DNA from: a virus
Taxonomy: Duplodnaviria; Caudoviricetes
IMG/VR virus record: IMGVR_UViG_3300026488_000030
Span: 1-52,654 of that record
Length of the DNA stretch: 52,654 nt
Strand: one strand, 5' to 3'
Position numbers and translations under genes: made by a program. A model generated the notes under the pieces. The model ran no database searches, was not told the DNA's origin, and saw nothing but the letters and a program-made list of their open reading frames with translations. Shown in pieces: positions 48,050 to 52,654 of the stretch (positions within the stretch are counted from its first letter, which is position 1; the number at the start of each line of letters is the position of its first letter).

Positions 48050-48481
48050 TCACCAAAGAACAAAAAGCGGATACCACTTCTCGACATTAGTTTCAACGAC
48101 CTTGTATTTCGCGAATTGATTTGTGAATTGTGTAAACTTTTTCTGTATCACTTCATCATCGTATCCTGAAAATACGACTGTGTTTCTTAGAGCCTCGAGC
48201 AAGAATGGATATATGCTGCTAGGAATGAATTTGTAGATGTTTACATCTTCGAACGTGAAATGGTAACCTTTGTGAAAAATACCCATTCGATTAGCACATC
48301 GAATGAATGTTGTGGGTTTATTTGTGACTACGACGATATAGCCAGAATATGATTTTTCCAGTGTGAAGGAATAATGTCCAAAGAATCTGATATCTTTCTC
48401 AGATGTATAACAACGGTATGTGAAAGTTTTTAGAAAATCGTGCGCTTCATCAGTTAAATTTATAACTTTAAACATTTTCAT
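48050..48481 (-). CDS. hypothetical protein
   Basis: SD ggagg. Confidence 0.65.
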   Translation of the reverse strand: MKMFKVINLTDEAHDFLKTFTYRCYTSEKDIRFFGHYSFTLEKSYSGYIVVVTNKPTTFIRCANRMGIFHKGYHFTFEDVNIYKFIPSSIYPFLLEALRNTVVFSGYDDEVIQKKFTQFTNQFAKYKVVETNVEKWYPLFVLW

Positions 48482-48839
48482 GTTCCTCCATCACAAATTG
48501 GGTAATCTTGTCCAATCCCCAAATGTCACCAATTAGAAAAATAGTCACAGGAGCCATTCGTAAATATCTGCGGGAGAGAATTGTTATTTCTCTGCTTTTC
48601 TCCGAATAAAAAATTCGCAAATATTTTGACCAGGTTGTATCTGATATAATTGTAGTCAATGACTTAGGATCAATTGTCTCAAAAAATGCTTTTGGAATTT
48701 TAAATCTCCATCGTCTACCAGTTAGTATAAAATCTAATTTCATCACATTTATCAAATTAGATGTAGAAAGAACAGTATGACTTTCTACAGAAGGCTTTGT
48801 AGTTGGGCCGTCTCTTCTTGCTATTTGTGTAAGATGCAT
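48468..48839 (-). CDS. hypothetical protein
   Basis: ATG 48839 immediately after upstream stop. Confidence 0.55.
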   Translation of the reverse strand: MHLTQIARRDGPTTKPSVESHTVLSTSNLINVMKLDFILTGRRWRFKIPKAFFETIDPKSLTTIISDTTWSKYLRIFYSEKSREITILSRRYLRMAPVTIFLIGDIWGLDKITQFVMEEHENV

Positions 48840-48840
48840 A

Positions 48841-49512
48841 CTACACCCCATCAATTGTGATTGTGTTGTCAGGCCAATCGACTGTATAGTCGTAAGTTGT
48901 TGGATCAACTGAGTCGTCTAATTTCCTAATATTTAAAACATGTTGCTTCTCAACAGCAAATAATTCTTCAATGTACTGGAATGCAAATTTACCCATTGTC
49001 GAGAAAGCATCTTGTGTCATTGATGCAAAATAACCATCTTGAAAGCGCCAGTTTATTTTTGTAGTACTAGTTCCATACAATTGAAGAGATACCGTTGTTC
49101 CAATTATTTTTGAAACATCATCAGAAGACAAAGGTTGTGGATGACCATTTACTAATATACCTGACTCTTCCAGCGCTTTCCTAAATTCTTTTACTTGTTG
49201 AACAACACGTTCTTTAAATATTGTTGAAATCACCTTCAACCCTTCTGATGTATTTGACACGACATCAAACCATCGACAATTTACAATTGGCCAAGATGGG
49301 TCAAATTGCTTTATGTGTAATATGAAATGTCTATCGACATAATAATCCTGAGGTTCGTCAGGAAGTTTAATTATTTCGTTAGTATCTGGATCGTAGCGTA
49401 ACTGTTCAACTGGAGTATCTGTATATTCTGCTGGTATAGGAATATATGATGAATCATATTGGTTAGTTTTAACCATGATTAAATCGCTGTTACTATCAAC
49501 AATTGCATACAT
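48841..49512 (-). CDS. tail fibre assembly-like protein (DUF4376-like)
   Basis: INWRFQDG, YIEELFAVE, Y..DWP C-terminus; downstream of fibre gene. Confidence 0.55.
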   Translation of the reverse strand: MYAIVDSNSDLIMVKTNQYDSSYIPIPAEYTDTPVEQLRYDPDTNEIIKLPDEPQDYYVDRHFILHIKQFDPSWPIVNCRWFDVVSNTSEGLKVISTIFKERVVQQVKEFRKALEESGILVNGHPQPLSSDDVSKIIGTTVSLQLYGTSTTKINWRFQDGYFASMTQDAFSTMGKFAFQYIEELFAVEKQHVLNIRKLDDSVDPTTYDYTVDWPDNTITIDGV

Positions 49513-49516
49513 AATT

Positions 49517-49969
49517 TCACCTCTGGTATGGTATTGCTAATTTATTTTTGAGAAGCGCGCGATTTATCGAAATCGTATCACTATCCAAACGCTCACATAT
49601 GACTGGCCAAACGGTAGCGATGTATCTACCGTAAACGCCAGTCGGTTTACTGGTGTTAATTTCAACACAGATGACCTTTTGACCGATTTGTTGCTCGAGA
49701 AATTGTTTTGCATCCTTCGCGAGAGCAATTGCTTCTTTTGCTGATTTGTGTGTTTCCTTCTGTTGCCGAAGTGAATGTTTGTCTCTTCGCAATTCAAACG
49801 CGTCAATATCAGCTAATCGAATGCGAACTGGAAATCCTAAATTGATGATGACAGCATCGAATGTATCACCATCGATAACTCGGTTAACGAATACGTCGTA
49901 TTTTGCACCAACTGCTTGGTGGGTGAGTAAAAGTATGAATGTGATTAATACGAATATCTTCTTCATCAT
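49517..49969 (-). CDS. thermonuclease (SNase-like) with signal peptide
   Basis: VNRVIDGDTF, IRLADIDAFE, YGRYIA, INRALLKNKLA; MKKIFVLITFILLL signal. Confidence 0.85.
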   Translation of the reverse strand: MMKKIFVLITFILLLTHQAVGAKYDVFVNRVIDGDTFDAVIINLGFPVRIRLADIDAFELRRDKHSLRQQKETHKSAKEAIALAKDAKQFLEQQIGQKVICVEINTSKPTGVYGRYIATVWPVICERLDSDTISINRALLKNKLAIPYQR

Positions 49970-50646
49970 TGTTCCTCCTGTACCTGTTTGCGAAGAATCC
50001 TAACAAACGAAAACCTGTCACCGTTAACCAATTTATTATAGCAACCCTTGCAAATAGTGAATCCTGCATGAATATCAGTGTGCTTATTGGTGATATTGTA
50101 AGTGACATAATAGGCATCATCTGGTGATTTTATTTCTGTTTCGCAAATGAAACAATATTCATACGGATTTAACCGTTGTTTCGCATGTAGCAAATAGTCT
50201 AGAAAGTCAATATCATATTTGCCAAACATTTTCAATGTCAATAAATCGTAACCATATAGTTGCCAATTGAGATAATAAACAGGATCAGTATCATCAGGGA
50301 TTAGAAAAACAGGGACGAATATTTTACGAAAACGGAGACGAACTTTTGGTGCGCCGATATTACTACGTGGTGACAGTGGATATTTACAATCTGGGCGTTG
50401 TTGACAAATTTCAATAAATTTTTCGGTTGTTATGACAGCTAAGGTGTCTAAATCGCTGGAGTAAGGATTGAACAAAAGTTTATTGCTATTTTTTAATTGA
50501 AAAGCGCGTGAACCAACAATGATAATTTGATTTACATCGGTTGGTTTAACAATTGGATATACTTCTGTAATCTTTTGAACAATTTGATCATATAATTGTT
50601 TTCGTGTCTCGTATGACCATTCAACAAATGGCTTATCTCGCAACAT
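49966..50646 (-). CDS. Pol-beta-type nucleotidyltransferase-like protein with C-terminal CxxC..CxxC
   Basis: IVGSRA...SDLD; CFIC and CKGC. Confidence 0.55.
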   Translation of the reverse strand: MLRDKPFVEWSYETRKQLYDQIVQKITEVYPIVKPTDVNQIIIVGSRAFQLKNSNKLLFNPYSSDLDTLAVITTEKFIEICQQRPDCKYPLSPRSNIGAPKVRLRFRKIFVPVFLIPDDTDPVYYLNWQLYGYDLLTLKMFGKYDIDFLDYLLHAKQRLNPYEYCFICETEIKSPDDAYYVTYNITNKHTDIHAGFTICKGCYNKLVNGDRFSFVRILRKQVQEEQ

Positions 50647-50659
50647 TTGTCCTCCTGTG

Positions 50660-50689
50660 AAAAACAGGCCCGAAGGATTGGGCCTGTTT
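50660..50689 (-). terminator. intrinsic terminator after fibre gene
   Basis: aaacaggcccga-agga-ttgggcctgttt. Confidence 0.7.
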
Positions 50690-52654
50690 ATGATGTTGAA
50701 GATGAAAGTGATACGACTATTCCGTTTTTAACAACAAGAGTATATTTCGTGAAGTTCACATCGTATAGGACGATACTGTTTGTTGTTCCTGATGTACCAT
50801 CGACTGATAGATAATTGGAGTATGGACGGAACTTATCCGCTCTAAATTGGCCTGACTTAAATAGAATTGCAAGTTTGTTAGGATTGTTTAATGAGCCGCC
50901 TGCTCCCAAAACAACAGCATCTCGACCAAACATATAAGTCTCTATGCCAGCATGTCCTATGTAATTCTCAACACCTACAGCACCTTCTATAGCGTCTGTA
51001 CCTGAAAAATGAGAATTGCCGAATGTTAGTAGATAATCGTATTGAGATGACCTGTCATTGTTTGTAAAAATAGTAGCGCCTCTATCAACTTTGAATGATG
51101 AATTGAATTGCGAATTGAGACTAGTTGGCCAACCATAATCTTTACAAACACAGGCGTGTTCTGAGACTGTCATTTCAATAGTCATGTCATTGATTATTTT
51201 AAATCCTTGTAGATTAGCGCCGATGTATCCAAAACTGTATGCAGGTACTGGGAAATCTATGTATTCATAACCTTGTTCACTAGTTGCAGGTATTGGGGAT
51301 GAATACATGTTCCAACCATCTCTACCTGTAAACAATTGTTGAAGGTCATACACAATTGAATTGGATGTATTGTAATTATGCGCTTTTATATCTAAGTACA
51401 TTGTTGCGTATGTATCAGATGATTTGTAGTAAATGCTTACGAAATCAATCGGTATCTTTGAGTTGTAACATTCGCTACTTAGAATTGTTAAGCGCGGGGT
51501 TTTATGACTTGTATTCGACTTCTTATTGAATGAGTGTGATATGATGAAATAAATGTGACCATGATAACCACTAGCTTTCCAGGTAAGCAAGAATATTCCG
51601 CTATTCGAACCAGCTGATGAACCAGATTTAGCTACTCTGAAAGTTCCAGTAGCACCTGCTCCAAGACTAAATGTTACTCTTTCAACATATGAACGAGGGC
51701 GCTTAAAATCAACATAAGATGTATTTCGTCCACTTGTAAATTGCATAACCGTTTTTTGATCAACCCTGAAACCAATTAAACTACCGTCATCTTTATTTTT
51801 CTCATCAGCGCTTAAATATAACTGACTTTTCTTTGTTAACCCAATCAAGTTAACAGGTGTATTGGATGAACCCCAGTTAATTTTAATTGCTGGAAATAGA
51901 TTTGTATCTGGTTGTCGAGTGTATAAATCTATTGGAGCACTTGGTTGATCAATGCCTAGTCCAATCCAACCAGTCTTCGGATTGAATGATATTCCTTCAA
52001 ATATTGTATTTCCAGATGAATTTATAGCGCGAAGACTTAGTACATTATTCGAATGATGTTTTACTAATTGTATCCATTGAGCATTAGAGCTGGCAGTTCT
52101 TTCGATAAAATCTATAGCCGGTTCTTTTCCTCGCAAGATGAATCTAATGTTTTTACTGTCATTTCCAAGCTGGGATACTGTGAATGATGAACTGTTATAT
52201 GTAATGAGACCGTTGTTGTATGGATTAGAACAATTTACACAAAAAGCGCCGAGATTGGTAATTTGATGATTTCCCCAGGATTTGTCACCATCAATATTAA
52301 TGTCAGTAGTTAAATTGTGAGTGTGATGCAATGGTGCATACAATCCTGGTTTCACTCTGAGTTTGTTCGAGTATACTTCAATAGTGCTATTATCAACCTT
52401 ATCCGACAAGTATCCAGGTGAACTATCTGAAGATGTTGCTTTTACCTTGAATGAATCGGAAGCTTGAGCAACAGGACTTCCATTGATGTACAAATTGTCA
52501 GAGTTAACATTTGTAACTGTATAAGAAGAAGCATCGGCAATAAAAATCGGCGCTGAAAATAAAGTTCCATCAATTATTATTCTTTTAGTTGATGTTGGAT
52601 CAAAGTATACACCATAATACGTTTGACCGTTATATGTTGTTGAGACCAGTCTTG
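50688..52654 (-). CDS. tail fibre protein (5' end beyond window)
   Basis: frame open to the window end; DSSPGYLSDKV, YAPLHHTH (HxH), GWIGLGIDQPSAPID fibre motifs. Confidence 0.75.
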   Translation of the reverse strand, partial: RLVSTTYNGQTYYGVYFDPTSTKRIIIDGTLFSAPIFIADASSYTVTNVNSDNLYINGSPVAQASDSFKVKATSSDSSPGYLSDKVDNSTIEVYSNKLRVKPGLYAPLHHTHNLTTDINIDGDKSWGNHQITNLGAFCVNCSNPYNNGLITYNSSSFTVSQLGNDSKNIRFILRGKEPAIDFIERTASSNAQWIQLVKHHSNNVLSLRAINSSGNTIFEGISFNPKTGWIGLGIDQPSAPIDLYTRQPDTNLFPAIKINWGSSNTPVNLIGLTKKSQLYLSADEKNKDDGSLIGFRVDQKTVMQFTSGRNTSYVDFKRPRSYVERVTFSLGAGATGTFRVAKSGSSAGSNSGIFLLTWKASGYHGHIYFIISHSFNKKSNTSHKTPRLTILSSECYNSKIPIDFVSIYYKSSDTYATMYLDIKAHNYNTSNSIVYDLQQLFTGRDGWNMYSSPIPATSEQGYEYIDFPVPAYSFGYIGANLQGFKIINDMTIEMTVSEHACVCKDYGWPTSLNSQFNSSFKVDRGATIFTNNDRSSQYDYLLTFGNSHFSGTDAIEGAVGVENYIGHAGIETYMFGRDAVVLGAGGSLNNPNKLAILFKSGQFRADKFRPYSNYLSVDGTSGTTNSIVLYDVNFTKYTLVVKNGIVVSLSSSTS

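Noticed and set aside
1-52654. Stop-codon reassignment, introns or inteins
   Set aside because: TAA, TAG and TGA all end genes, and core genes (terminase, portal, helicase, MCP) are contiguous and of ordinary size.

Overview
This is about 52.7 kb of a low-GC, large (probably jumbo) contractile-tailed bacteriophage using the standard genetic code with strong AGGAGG-type ribosome-binding sites. The first ~7.7 kb is a + strand accessory block of amplified cassettes. It holds four paralogues with a DUF7666-like N-domain followed by 29-aa helical repeats carrying hypervariable positions, a degenerate AAA_21/RloA-like ATPase, a short radical-SAM protein and a duplicated unknown gene. The rest is a - strand morphogenesis module: tail tube, sheath, baseplate, major capsid protein, prohead protease, portal, DnaB-like helicase, tape measure with lytic transglycosylase, large terminase, tail fibre, and three 6-bladed Kelch-like propeller paralogues. 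Three non-coding layers are not explained by the genes. (A) Eight co-oriented copies of a 200-350 bp intergenic element with an exactly 100-bp long-hairpin core; three copies lead into + strand ORFs, two of them micro-ORFs missed by the ORF track. (B) A second ~160-nt structured element with covarying stems in leaders of late genes. (C) A polar WAGCGC-N2/3-RAWTT motif strongly over-represented in CDSs and present just upstream of major structural genes. All product calls come from recalled family motifs; no searches were run.
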